A stretch of DNA of 64,000 bases from Dehalococcoidia bacterium. Its GTDB lineage: Bacteria; Chloroflexota; Dehalococcoidia; UBA2979. The notes below the pieces were generated by a model that was given only the letters and a program-made list of their open reading frames with translations, was not told the DNA's origin and searched no databases. Shown piece by piece: positions 26,567 through 36,351 of this stretch. A program made the position numbers and the translations under genes. The stretch lies in contig OZ244720.1 of the NCBI GenBank assembly GCA_965219085.1, positions 512,001 to 576,000 of the forward strand, written 5' to 3'. Position 1 is the stretch's first letter; each line of letters begins with the position of its first letter.

Positions 26567-27769
26567 TCAGACCACCACCAGCGGCACGCGCATCTCCGAC
26601 GGGGTCAGCCCGGCGTGGTGCGAGCGCTGCTGCAGCCCCTGCCGCGAAGCCCGCGAGGGGTAGAAGCCCAGCACCGTTGCGCCCCGCGAGATCGCCATGA
26701 AGTCGCCGAGCCGCTGGGTCGTCAGCGGGGCGAGCGGCTCGGGGCCGAGCAGCCCCAGCTCCTCGACCTCGGCGGTGGTGAGGAGGAAGAAGTGCTCGCC
26801 GAAGCTCGCACGGAAGCGCTCCTCGAAGCGCTCGTGCTCGCGCGGGCGCACGTGGAACTCGAGGACTCGGGCGTCGCCCGACGGCGGACTGGCGAGGAGT
26901 TCGGGGATGCCGTGGGAGTCGCGGATCATGAGGCGCTCCTCGGGATCCACGCCGAGGTGACCGTGGTCCGCGGTCACCACCACCGCGGTCGACAAGCCGA
27001 GCTCCGATTTGAGGTCCGCGACGAGGCGGTCGATCGCGACGATGCCGGCGCGGGCGCCGATGCTCTCCGGCCCGCTGTGGTGCGCTTCGTTGTCGATGTG
27101 CGGCACGTAGACGTAGACGAACGTGGGCTCGTCGGCCCCCATCACCGTCTCCATGATCGAGCCGAACGTGCCGGCCAGGGACCGGTAACCGGCGGCGGCC
27201 GGGCCACCGGCCCAGTAGCGCGAGTAGACGCTGCGCGCGATATTGCGGGGCATCAGGAAGTGGCAGAGCCGCCGCATCCGCGGCGCCATGCTGGGCACGG
27301 GGAAGGCCTCTTCGGGCCGCACGCCGAGGTCGATGAGCGAGCGATTATCCGACCGGCGGCGGTACTGCAGGATCGTGGCCGGGCCGCCGATCTCCTCGAT
27401 GTGCGTCCACCAGCCCGTCACCGCGTGGCGAGCGGGCCACTCGCCCGTGGCGAGCGAGGTCAGCGCGACGGCCGTCGACGCGGGGAATACCGTGCGAATC
27501 TCGTTTCGCAAGTGGTCGCGCAGCGTGCGGGCCGCCTCCTCGCGCTCCAGCATCTCGAGGCCGAGCCCGTCGGCGAGGATGAGCACGAGGTGCTCGCGCT
27601 CGGCGAGCGAGCCCGCGAGTTCGCTCGCGAACGGCGAGAGGGAGAGCCCGCGGGCGCCGCTGGCGGCTGCCACGGCGCGTGAGACGTCGACGAGGTTGGG
27701 CAGGGCGGGGTCGGGGCGCAGCAGCGTGCCCGCGTCGAACGCGGCGAGCAGTTCGGCGGCGTCGGACAT
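26567..27769 (-). CDS. Alkaline phosphatase superfamily protein (NPP/type I phosphodiesterase-like)
   Basis: LILADGLG, TVFPAST, DNEAH, TADHGH, HHAGLTPSEM. Confidence 0.88.
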   Translation of the reverse strand: MSDAAELLAAFDAGTLLRPDPALPNLVDVSRAVAAASGARGLSLSPFASELAGSLAEREHLVLILADGLGLEMLEREEAARTLRDHLRNEIRTVFPASTAVALTSLATGEWPARHAVTGWWTHIEEIGGPATILQYRRRSDNRSLIDLGVRPEEAFPVPSMAPRMRRLCHFLMPRNIARSVYSRYWAGGPAAAGYRSLAGTFGSIMETVMGADEPTFVYVYVPHIDNEAHHSGPESIGARAGIVAIDRLVADLKSELGLSTAVVVTADHGHLGVDPEERLMIRDSHGIPELLASPPSGDARVLEFHVRPREHERFEERFRASFGEHFFLLTTAEVEELGLLGPEPLAPLTTQRLGDFMAISRGATVLGFYPSRASRQGLQQRSHHAGLTPSEMRVPLVVV

Positions 27770-27834
27770 CCGCGCAACTCCTGCCTGGGCTGACGCTATC
27801 ATGAAGGGCGCCGGACGTTACGGCCCACGACGAC

Positions 27835-30066
27835 GTGCAGGCGGGCCTGCCGCCCGCGAATGCGATTGCGCCGATGCCTCCTCCGGACGCCCTCGACGCC
27901 GATAGCATCGCCGCTCAACTCGGGGCGGCCTATGCGGCGATCGACGCCGGCGAGCGCGTGCGGCACCCCGACCTGATTGCCAACATCCGCGAGCGGGGCG
28001 ATATCGCCGGCGAGTCACGGCCGCTCGCCGGCGGGGCGCACGCGGTGACCGTCGCCGCGGCTGATGTTCCGGGCGCGCTTTCGCTGATCGCCGGTGCGCT
28101 CACCGCCCACGGCTTCGACATCGGGACGGGCGACCTGTTCACGGTGCGTCGCCCCGTCGCGCAGCGAGCGATCCCGCGAGCCGGGCGCTTCGGGCCGCCG
28201 CGCGGGCGCCCCGGCATGCCGGCGGGCCGCCCGCCTGTGCGCGGCCCGAGCCAGCCCACAGAGTTGCTGCTCGACCGGTTCGTGGTGCGCGGGACCGTCG
28301 GCGCCGGCCCGTGGGACGCGATCCGCGCGGACCTCGGGAGCGCGTTCGCGCTGCTCGCGGCCGGTGACGCCGAGGCGGCGCAGACGCTCATCATCGAGGG
28401 CATCAGTGACACGCTGCCGCGCGCCGCAGCGCCGGTGCGCGCGATGGACCCGGTCGCCATCGAGATCGACACTGCCTCGGATCCCGATGCGACGATGCTG
28501 ACCATCGCCGGCGTCGATGAGCGCGGCTTCCTGTTCGAGTTCGCGAACGCGCTGGCCATGCTGCAGGTGTCGATCCGGCGCGCCGAGGTCCGCACCGAGG
28601 GCAGCGCGAGCCACGACACGTTCTGGGTCACCACCCGCGACGGCTCGAAGCTCGAGGACCCCGCGCGCCTCGAGGAGTTGCGCGTGGTCGCGGTGCTGAT
28701 CCGCCAGTTCACCCTGCTCCTGCCGCTGGCGCCGGACCCCGGGCAGGCGCTGCGGCAGTTCGGGGCCCTCGTGCGCAGCATGCTCGCGTTCCACGAGCGG
28801 CGCGAGGCGATCGCGACGCTCGCCGATGAGCGCGTGCTCGAAACGCTGGCGGCGGCGCTTGGGGTCAGCCGCTACCTGTGGGAGGACTTCCTCCGCTTCC
28901 AGTACGAGAACCTGTTCCCGGTGCTCACCGACCGTCCGGCCCTGGACGCGGGCAAGTCCGTGGACCAACTGCACGAGGAGTTCCGCGGCGCGTCGCCGGG
29001 CGGCGGCCCGCCGGACGCCGCGGCGCTCAACGCGTTCAAGGACCGCGAGTTGTTCCGCATCGACCTGCGGCACATCAGCGGGCGCACGGGGTTCGTCGAT
29101 TTCTCGCGCGAGCTGTCAGACCTCGCCGGGGTGGTGGTCGGCGAGGCGGCCGCGCTCACCGAGCGGGCGCTGAGCGAGCGCCACGGCGGGCCCCGGCTCA
29201 CCTCGGGCGCGCCGTGCCGGTGGTCGATCGCCGCGCTCGGCAAGTTCGGTGGCCGCGAGATCGGGTTCGCGTCGGACCTCGAACTGCTCACGGTCTACGA
29301 GGGGCCCGGGACCAGCGACGGCGCCGCGGCGATCCCGAACGCGGCGTGGTTCGAGGCGTTCGTGCGCGGGGTGCGGGACGCCATCCAGGCGCCGCGCGAG
29401 GGCATCTTCGAGCTCGACCTGCGGTTGCGCCCGTACGGCGACAACGGGAGCCTGGCCAACTCGATCGACCAGTGCCGCAACTACTACTCGAAGCGCGGTG
29501 AGGCCCGGCAGTTCGAGCGCATGGCCCTGGTACGCCTGCGCCGCGTCGCGGGCGACGTCGGACTGGGGCGCACACTCGAGGCGCTCCGGGACGCCTTCGT
29601 GTACTCGGGCGCGCCGCTCGACATTGCGGAGCTGCTGCACATGCGCGGGCGGCAGGCGAGCGAGCTGGTCGCGGCGGGCGAACGCAACGCGAAGCACAGC
29701 TCCGGCGGCCTCGTCGACATCGAGTACTACGTGCAGACGCTCCAGATCCTTGCAGGAGCCACAGAGCCCTCGGTACGCACCCCCAACACGGTCGATGCGA
29801 TCGCCGCGCTCGCGGTGACAGGCCACGTCGGCTACGAGGACGCGGCGAAGCTGCCGGAGGCCTACTCGTTCCTGCGGCGGCTGATTGGTGCATTGCGCGT
29901 GGTGCGCGGAAACGCCCGCGACCTCACGATCCCGCCGGTCGGCTCGCGCGAGTTCGAGTACCTCTCGCGCCGCCTCTTCTACGAGACGCCCGAGGCGCTC
30001 GCGACAGCCATCGACGTGCGCATGGAGTACGCGTCGTCGCTGTGGAGCCGGCTGCCGGTGGAGTAA
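27835..30066 (+). CDS. GlnE-type adenylyltransferase domain fused behind two GlnD-like ACT domains
   Basis: ALGKFGGREIGFASDLE, DLRLRPYG, GGLVDIEY; ACT-like DERGFLFEFANAL...HDTFWVT. Confidence 0.8.
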   Translation: MQAGLPPANAIAPMPPPDALDADSIAAQLGAAYAAIDAGERVRHPDLIANIRERGDIAGESRPLAGGAHAVTVAAADVPGALSLIAGALTAHGFDIGTGDLFTVRRPVAQRAIPRAGRFGPPRGRPGMPAGRPPVRGPSQPTELLLDRFVVRGTVGAGPWDAIRADLGSAFALLAAGDAEAAQTLIIEGISDTLPRAAAPVRAMDPVAIEIDTASDPDATMLTIAGVDERGFLFEFANALAMLQVSIRRAEVRTEGSASHDTFWVTTRDGSKLEDPARLEELRVVAVLIRQFTLLLPLAPDPGQALRQFGALVRSMLAFHERREAIATLADERVLETLAAALGVSRYLWEDFLRFQYENLFPVLTDRPALDAGKSVDQLHEEFRGASPGGGPPDAAALNAFKDRELFRIDLRHISGRTGFVDFSRELSDLAGVVVGEAAALTERALSERHGGPRLTSGAPCRWSIAALGKFGGREIGFASDLELLTVYEGPGTSDGAAAIPNAAWFEAFVRGVRDAIQAPREGIFELDLRLRPYGDNGSLANSIDQCRNYYSKRGEARQFERMALVRLRRVAGDVGLGRTLEALRDAFVYSGAPLDIAELLHMRGRQASELVAAGERNAKHSSGGLVDIEYYVQTLQILAGATEPSVRTPNTVDAIAALAVTGHVGYEDAAKLPEAYSFLRRLIGALRVVRGNARDLTIPPVGSREFEYLSRRLFYETPEALATAIDVRMEYASSLWSRLPVE

Positions 30067-30127
30067 GCGCGCGTTCGGGCGCGCCGTTCGGCGCGCATGG
30101 ACTCATCGAGCGTGCACGGGGGAATGC

Positions 30128-30204
30128 TGGCGACCCCGATCGGATTCGAACCGACGCTCTCCACCGTGACAGGGTGGCGTGTTAGACCGCTACACTACGG
30201 GGCC
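30128..30204 (-). tRNA. tRNA-Asp(GTC)
   Basis: GGCCCCGTAGTGTAGCGGTCTAACACGCCACCCTGTCACGGTGGAGAGCGTCGGTTCGAATCCGATCGGGGTCGCCA; cloverleaf with encoded CCA. Confidence 0.97.
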
Positions 30205-30302
30205 GCGGAACGTATTGATGGTAGGGGCCGCCGCCAGCGAGGGCAATCGCGGGGGCGGTTCTCTCACGCGCGCGGCGCTGGTACGCTCGCCGGGGAGCCG
30301 AG

Positions 30303-30578
30303 ATGCCACAACGACCACGCAGCAGGCGCACCCGCAGTCGCCGTATCCAGCGACCGCGCGTCCCCGACGCGGCAGCCCTCGCGCCGCCCGGTGCGCCCGG
30401 TGCGCCCGCCGCACCCCAGCGGCAGAGCGCGCGCGCGACGGCCGCGAGCGAGCGTCCGGCCCGCCAGGTGGAGCGCGACACACCGTTCGTGCGCGGCGAG
30501 CTCATCAGGATCGGGATCGTGAGCGCTGTCTGCATGGGGCTGCTGCTCGCGCTGGTCGCCATCGACCGGCTCGGCTGA
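30303..30578 (+). CDS. Small membrane protein with Arg-rich N-terminus and one C-terminal TM helix
   Basis: GGAG RBS; FVRGELIRIGIVSAVCMGLLLALV. Confidence 0.6.
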   Translation: MPQRPRSRRTRSRRIQRPRVPDAAALAPPGAPGAPAAPQRQSARATAASERPARQVERDTPFVRGELIRIGIVSAVCMGLLLALVAIDRLG

Positions 30579-30597
30579 GCCGGACCGTCGGCAGGCG

Positions 30598-31098
30598 TCA
30601 GGCGACGCGGTTCCAGGCGACGATCACGCCGATCACGAAGAAGACGGCCCCCGCGACATCCCTGAGCACCAGGTCGAAGTCGCCCGAGATCACCAGGCGG
30701 ACCCCGAAAGCCCCGGCGATCGCCCCCGCCGCGAAGAGCTGCATCGCCATGCCGCGCTTGCGGTTCGTCGCGCGGTCCAGCCCGGCGGCCACGCCCGAGC
30801 CGGCCGCGGCCCCGCCGATGAGGCCGAGCACGAGTCGAAGCAGGCCCCCGAAGGGCGAGGGCGGCAACAGGATGGCAGCGATGAAACCGATCAGGGCGGC
30901 GGCGGGAATCGCGACCGCCGCCGCACGCAGGTAGTGGCTCAGCTCCAGCTCGTACATCGGCGGTCGGCGCATCTGCGCGCAGTCCGGGCAGCGGATGCCG
31001 CCGGGGGCGTGGACCATGCACTGCGGGCAGATCGGCGTCTCGCAGCGGCCGCAACTGAGCTCGGTCTCCGTGCGCGGGTGGCGCTCGCAGTACGCGAT
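30598..31098 (-). CDS. B-box-like Zn-finger membrane protein, apparent ATC start
   Basis: IAYCERHPRTETELSCGRCETPICPQCMVHAPGGIRCPDC followed by about 4 TM helices; in-frame TGA just upstream of the ATC. Confidence 0.75.
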   Translation of the reverse strand: MAYCERHPRTETELSCGRCETPICPQCMVHAPGGIRCPDCAQMRRPPMYELELSHYLRAAAVAIPAAALIGFIAAILLPPSPFGGLLRLVLGLIGGAAAGSGVAAGLDRATNRKRGMAMQLFAAGAIAGAFGVRLVISGDFDLVLRDVAGAVFFVIGVIVAWNRVA

Positions 31099-31148
31099 GG
31101 GTCAGCTCCTCGCGCCTCGTTCCGGGCGAGGCCGCTACGGTCGGGCGC

Positions 31149-32006
31149 TCAGCTCACGGGCTCCGGTACCCGGCATCCCCGCTGGCGGGCGGCGTCGAGG
31201 AACGCGTCGACGACGGCGTCGGGGAGCGGGATCTCGCCCGGCTGGTGCTCGTCCTCACGCTCGATGCCGTGGTGGTCCGACCCGCCGAGCGCGAACACGC
31301 CGAGGCGCTCCGCCAGCGCAACGAGGCTCGCGACCATGACCGGGTCGTAGTGCTTGTAGTAGGCCTCGAGGCCGAACAGGCCGGCGTCGGCGAGCTCGCC
31401 GGCGATGCGCTCGTACTCCTTCGTGAAGCCGGGGTGTGCGAAGACGGCGATGCCCCCGGCGTTACCGATCATCTCGATCGCCTCGGGCGGCTCCAGCTTG
31501 GAGCGCTCGGCGTAGGCGGGGCCCTCGCGGCCGATGAAGCGGTCGAACGCCTCGCCGAAGGTCTCGATGTGGCCGGCTTCGAGCAGCGCCTGCGCGATAT
31601 GCGGGCGGCCCACGGACGCCTCGCCGGCGATCTCCTGCACGCGCTCCCACGTGATGGGCGCGCCGAGGCGTTCGAGCGCGCTGATGATGCGCTGCGCGCG
31701 GTCGATGCGGCCGGCGCGGAACGTCCCGAGTTGCTCCTGGAGCCGGGCGTCGTTGCGGTCGATGAAGTAGCCGAGGACGTGGACCTCGGTGCCGGGCACG
31801 TCGCAGGACAGCTCGACGCCGGGCACGAGCAGGAAGCCGGGGTGGCGCGCCGCCGCAGCCTCGGCTTCATCGAGGCCGTCGAGGGTGTCGTGGTCGGTCA
31901 GCGCCATGACGCGCACGCCGTGTTCGTAGGCGAGGTCGACGAGCTCGGTGGGCGAGCGGACGCCGTCTGAGTTCGTCGAGTGGGTGTGGAAGTCGCCCTT
32001 GCTCAC
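31149..32006 (-). CDS. PHP domain phosphoesterase (YciV/TrpH-like)
   Basis: DFHTHSTNSDG, LTDHD, GVELS, GRPH, GGSDHHG. Confidence 0.92.
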   Translation of the reverse strand: MSKGDFHTHSTNSDGVRSPTELVDLAYEHGVRVMALTDHDTLDGLDEAEAAAARHPGFLLVPGVELSCDVPGTEVHVLGYFIDRNDARLQEQLGTFRAGRIDRAQRIISALERLGAPITWERVQEIAGEASVGRPHIAQALLEAGHIETFGEAFDRFIGREGPAYAERSKLEPPEAIEMIGNAGGIAVFAHPGFTKEYERIAGELADAGLFGLEAYYKHYDPVMVASLVALAERLGVFALGGSDHHGIEREDEHQPGEIPLPDAVVDAFLDAARQRGCRVPEPVS

Positions 32007-32040
32007 GCTCGAGGTCCCGGCGGCTGCGCTGGCGCCTGTG

Positions 32041-32817
32041 TCACCACAGCGGCATCTCCCGGTCCACGCGCTCGACGCCGGTGGCGAGGCCGCTGGCGGG
32101 GTCGATCTCGATCAGCACGGAGTTGAACACGCCCGTGTCGCCCTCGGCGACCGGGAGGCGCGTGGGCATGCTGGTCACGAAGCGGCGGATCACCGAGTGC
32201 ACATCGTCGCCGATCACCGAGTCGAGCACGCCGACCATGCCGAGGTCGCCGACGGCGGCGGTGCCGCCCGGCAGCACGCGCGCATCGGCGGTGGGGACGT
32301 GCGTGTGCGTGCCGACGACCGCCGAGACGCGGCCATCGAGGTACCACGAGAGCGCCTGCTTCTCACTGGAGGCCTCGGCGTGGAAGTCGACGACGACGCT
32401 GCTCCCGGGCGGTATCTCGTCGAGCAGCTCGTCGGCGACGCGGAACGGGTCGTCGACGGGGGCGGGCATGAAGACGCGGCCCATGAGGCTGATGACGGTC
32501 AGGTTCTGGTGGTGGAACACGCCCCGGCCGGGAACTTCCCGCGGATAGTTGGCGGGCCGCAGCACGGGCCAGTCGCGGTCGAGCATCGGCACGAACTCGC
32601 GGATGTCGAAGATGTGATTGCCCGACGTGATCACGTCGACGCCGGCCTCGAACAGCTCGTTGGCGGTGCGCTCGGTGAGGCCGCGGCCGCGCGCGGCGTT
32701 CTCGCCGTTGGCGATGACGTGGTCGATGCGCAGCGTGTTGCGGAGTTCGGGCAGCACCGCGCCCACGGCGTCGCGCCCCGGCCGGCCGACGATGTCGCCG
32801 ACCATCAGGACGCGCAT
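32041..32817 (-). CDS. ymdB: YmdB (TIGR00282) metallophosphoesterase
   Basis: GDIVGRPGR, NGEN, SGNH, DFHAEASSEK, GTHTHV. Confidence 0.92.
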   Translation of the reverse strand: MRVLMVGDIVGRPGRDAVGAVLPELRNTLRIDHVIANGENAARGRGLTERTANELFEAGVDVITSGNHIFDIREFVPMLDRDWPVLRPANYPREVPGRGVFHHQNLTVISLMGRVFMPAPVDDPFRVADELLDEIPPGSSVVVDFHAEASSEKQALSWYLDGRVSAVVGTHTHVPTADARVLPGGTAAVGDLGMVGVLDSVIGDDVHSVIRRFVTSMPTRLPVAEGDTGVFNSVLIEIDPASGLATGVERVDREMPLW

Positions 32818-32819
32818 GA

Positions 32820-34373
32820 TCAGCGCGCGACCGAGGTGGCGCGCGTCTCCCGCACAACCGTGACCTTGATCTGGCCCGGGTACTGCAACGTCTCCTCGAT
32901 CTTCTTCGAGACGTCGCGGGCGAGGCGCGTGGCGGCGAGGTCGTCGACGCGCTCGGGCTGGACGAGCACGCGCACCTCGCGTCCGGCCTGGATCGCGAAC
33001 GAGTGGTCGACGCCCTCGAACGAGTTGGCCACGTCCTCGAGCGCCTCGAGGCGCTTCACGTACTGCTCGATGGAGTCGCGGCGGGCGCCGGGGCGGCTGC
33101 CGGACACGGCGTCGGCGATGATGACGATGAGCGCCTCGGTGGTCTCAGGCTGGATCTCCTCGTGGTGGGCGGCGATGCAGTGCACGATGTCACCCTCGAC
33201 GCCGAAGCGGCGCGCGATCTCCGCGCCGAGGGCGGCGTGCGTGCCCTCCATCTCGCGGTCCACGGCCTTGCCGAGGTCGTGGAGCAGCCCGCCGATGCGC
33301 ACTGTCTCGACATCGGCGCCGAGCTCGTGCGCGAGGGCGACCGCCAGCCACGACGTCTCGATGCAGTGACGCAGCTGGTTCTGACCGTACGAGTAGCGGA
33401 ACCGCAGCTTGCCCAGCGTCTTCACGACCTCCGGGTGCAGCGTCGCGACCTCGGCGTCGACGAGCGCCTGCTCGCCGGCCTCGACGACCATACGCTCGAC
33501 CTCGTCCTGGGCCTTGCTGACGGCTTCCTCGATGCGGCTGGGCTGGATGCGCCCGTCCTGCACGAGGCGTGCGAGGGCGACACGGGCGATCTCGCGCCGC
33601 ACCGGCTCGAAGCCGACGACGGTGACCATCTCGGGCGTGTCGTCGATGAGCAGGTCGCAGCCGGTCGCGGCCTCGAAGGCGCGGATGTTGCGGCCCTCGC
33701 GGCCGATGATGCGGCCCTTGAGGTCGTCGGAGGGGATGGGCACGACGGAGACGGTGGCTTCGGCCGTGATCTCCGAGGTCATGCGTTGCATCACCGTGGC
33801 GAGGATCTTGCGCGAGCGCATGTCCGCCTCGGCGCGGGTGGCGGCCTCCATCGTGCGGACGCGGCGCGCGGACTCCTCGCGCAGTTCGTCGTCGAGGCGG
33901 ACGAGCAGGAGGTCGCGCGCCTCGTCGGCGCTCATGCCCGCGATGCGCTCGAGCTCGTCGCGCAGGCGTCCGCGGTCCGCCTGGAACGCTTCGGTCTCCT
34001 GCCTGAGTGTGTTCTCGCGGCCGTCCAGGTCGCCGGCGCGGTTGCGCAGGGACTGTTCGCTGTGCTCGAGGCCTTCGGCGCGCCGCTCCAGCGACTCCTC
34101 GCGCTGCTCGAGACGGCGCTCGACGCGCGTTGCCTCTTGGCGCTGCTCGCGCAGTTCGTCGTCGATCTCCTCGCGGTAGCGGATGGCGCTCTGCTGGGCG
34201 ACGAGCTCGATCTCGCGCGCGCGGCTCTCGGCCTGCTCGCGCACGAGGTCGGCGGCCTCGCTCGCGCGGCGGCGCATGTCACGCGCGGCGATGCCGAGCA
34301 CCGCGTAGCCGAGGAACGCGCCCCCGACGAGCGCGATCACGCCCACGAGGGCGCTCAGCGCGATTGCCTCCAT
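32820..34373 (-). CDS. rny: Ribonuclease Y
   Basis: N-terminal TM, coiled coil, KGRIIGREGRNIR (KH), LLHDLGK (HD), AIQAGREVRV. Confidence 0.96.
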   Translation of the reverse strand: MEAIALSALVGVIALVGGAFLGYAVLGIAARDMRRRASEAADLVREQAESRAREIELVAQQSAIRYREEIDDELREQRQEATRVERRLEQREESLERRAEGLEHSEQSLRNRAGDLDGRENTLRQETEAFQADRGRLRDELERIAGMSADEARDLLLVRLDDELREESARRVRTMEAATRAEADMRSRKILATVMQRMTSEITAEATVSVVPIPSDDLKGRIIGREGRNIRAFEAATGCDLLIDDTPEMVTVVGFEPVRREIARVALARLVQDGRIQPSRIEEAVSKAQDEVERMVVEAGEQALVDAEVATLHPEVVKTLGKLRFRYSYGQNQLRHCIETSWLAVALAHELGADVETVRIGGLLHDLGKAVDREMEGTHAALGAEIARRFGVEGDIVHCIAAHHEEIQPETTEALIVIIADAVSGSRPGARRDSIEQYVKRLEALEDVANSFEGVDHSFAIQAGREVRVLVQPERVDDLAATRLARDVSKKIEETLQYPGQIKVTVVRETRATSVAR

Positions 34374-34560
34374 GTTGGGGCCTCGATTCGAGACCCGCGC
34401 CGCCGCCTGAGCGGGTCGCGGGTGGCAGTCGTTGTATGGCCGGCGCCCGGTACGAGTCTGAGTGCCGGTTCCCGACCGACAGTTTAGCATTGCGTGGCGC
34501 GCGGGGGCGACCGCCGCCGGGACACCTCGGGCGCCCGGAGCGGTTCCGCAGAGGCCCCGC

Positions 34561-35079
34561 TCAGTCGGCCAGGGCGAACGCCGTCTGCTGCTCCGCGAGC
34601 CTCGACAGCGCCCGCTCGATGGTGTCACGGCGGAACCCGCGGCGGGCGAGCGCGGCACGGAGGCGGCGGTCCCGCGCACCCGGAGCGCGGCCACGGCCAC
34701 TGCGACCGAGGCGACGGGCTGCGGCGACCGCCGCCGCGTCGTCGTCGTGTGCGAGGAGCGCTACGGCTGCCGTGTCCGCCTCGATGCCGTGGTCGCGGAG
34801 CTCGACCTGCAACATGCGCGCGCTGCGCTCGGTGGAGCGGGTGCGCGCGACGTAGCCGGCCGCCCAGGCGTCGTCGTCGACATAACCGAGGTCGGTCAGC
34901 CGAGCGATGGCGGCCCCGACAGCTGCCTCGTCGAACCGGTCGCCGAGGCGATCAAGCAGGTCGGCGGCGGTACGCGGTCGCTGCGCGATCAGCGCCAGGC
35001 CGCGCTGCACGGCCAGCGAGGCGTCCGTTTCGAGGACGCTCGCTGGCTCGGGCGGGCGCAGGTGGCGCCGGCGTGGCAC
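34561..35079 (-). CDS. recX: RecX regulatory protein
   Basis: Directly after recA; LGYVDDDAWA, ELRDHGI, LARRGF. Confidence 0.85.
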   Translation of the reverse strand: MPRRRHLRPPEPASVLETDASLAVQRGLALIAQRPRTAADLLDRLGDRFDEAAVGAAIARLTDLGYVDDDAWAAGYVARTRSTERSARMLQVELRDHGIEADTAAVALLAHDDDAAAVAAARRLGRSGRGRAPGARDRRLRAALARRGFRRDTIERALSRLAEQQTAFALAD

Positions 35080-35082
35080 GTG

Positions 35083-36246
35083 CTACGCGTCGAGCGGGAG
35101 TTCGCCGGAGGCGGACGGCTTGTCGTCGGATGCAGCGGGCCCGGCCGTGAGCGCCTCGGCCTCCGCGACCGCCTGCGTCGCGTCGCCCGGGTCGGGGACG
35201 CCGGCGGCGGCGCGTACGGCGGTCTCGATGTCGGCGGCGACGTCGGGGTGTTCACGAAGGTAGGCCTTGGAGGCCTCGCGGCCCTGGCCGAGGCGCTGGT
35301 CGCCGAGGGAGTAGTAGGCGCCGAGCTTCGTGACGATCTCGTACTCGACGGCGAGGTCGAGGATGTTGCCGATGCGGCTGATGCCGTGTTCCTCGGGCGT
35401 GAACATGATCTCGAACTCGGCCTGGCGGAACGGTGGGGCGGTCTTGTTCTTGACCACCTTGCAGCGCACGCGGTTGCCGATGATGTTCTGCCCCTGCTTG
35501 AGCGACTCGATGCGGCGGATGTCGATGCGCACCGAGGAGTAGAACTTGAGCGCGCGCCCGCCGGGGGTGGTCTCGGGGTTGCCGAAGACCACGCCGATCT
35601 TCTCGCGCAGCTGGTTGATGAAGACGAGGGCGGTATTGGAGCGGGCAACGGCGCCGGTGAGCTTGCGCAGGGCCTGCGACATGAGCCGCGCCTGCAGGCC
35701 CGGCAGCGAGTCGCCCATGTCGCCCTCGATCTCCGCGCGCGGCACGAGCGCGGCGACGGAGTCCACTACGACGATATCGACGGCGTTGGAGCGAATCAGG
35801 GCTTCGCAAATCTCGAGGGCCTGCTCGCCGGTATCAGGCTGGGAGATGAGCAACTCGTCGACGTCGATGCCGCACTGCGCGGCGTACTCGGGGTCGAGCG
35901 CGTGCTCGACGTCGATGTAGGCGGTGGTGCCTCCGAGGCGCTGGCCCTCGGCGATGATGTGCTGGGCGAGCGTGGACTTTCCGGCCGACTCGGGCCCGAA
36001 GATCTCGGTGACGCGGCCGCGCGGGATGCCGCCGATACCGAGCGCGATGTCCAGCCCGAGCGCGCCGGTGGGGATAGCCGAGACGTTGGCAACGGCGCCG
36101 TCGTCGCCGAGGCGCATGATCGCGCCCTTGCCGAAGTCCTTCGTGATCTGTTCGAGTGCGCGGTTGAGGTCGTCGGTGCGGCGTTGCTCGGGATTGTTGG
36201 ACTGTTTGCGGCTGGGCTGCTTGCCACTGGGCTGCTTGGAGGCCAC
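35083..36246 (-). CDS. recA: Recombinase RecA
   Basis: [48 protein letters not shown]. Confidence 0.99.
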   Translation of the reverse strand: MASKQPSGKQPSRKQSNNPEQRRTDDLNRALEQITKDFGKGAIMRLGDDGAVANVSAIPTGALGLDIALGIGGIPRGRVTEIFGPESAGKSTLAQHIIAEGQRLGGTTAYIDVEHALDPEYAAQCGIDVDELLISQPDTGEQALEICEALIRSNAVDIVVVDSVAALVPRAEIEGDMGDSLPGLQARLMSQALRKLTGAVARSNTALVFINQLREKIGVVFGNPETTPGGRALKFYSSVRIDIRRIESLKQGQNIIGNRVRCKVVKNKTAPPFRQAEFEIMFTPEEHGISRIGNILDLAVEYEIVTKLGAYYSLGDQRLGQGREASKAYLREHPDVAADIETAVRAAAGVPDPGDATQAVAEAEALTAGPAASDDKPSASGELPLDA

Positions 36247-36281
36247 GGGCGGGTCCCTTCGTGGACGGGGGCGACGTGGGG

Positions 36282-36310
36282 ACGATAGAACGAGCGTTCG
36301 TATAGGTCAA
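36282..36310 (-). promoter_or_regulatory. recA promoter TTGACC-N17-TATCGT with a LexA box (GAAC-N4-GTTC, 36288-36299) in the spacer
   Basis: Minus strand reads ttgacctatacgaacgctcgttctatcgt. Confidence 0.85.
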
Positions 36311-36351
36311 CCCCCCGGTCCGGGAGTGCTGAGCGAGGGTCTCGGAGAGCC

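Noticed and set aside
30128-30204. tRNA-Asp as an integration site
   Set aside because: No integrase and no duplicated tRNA 3' end was seen; the flanks are core genes.
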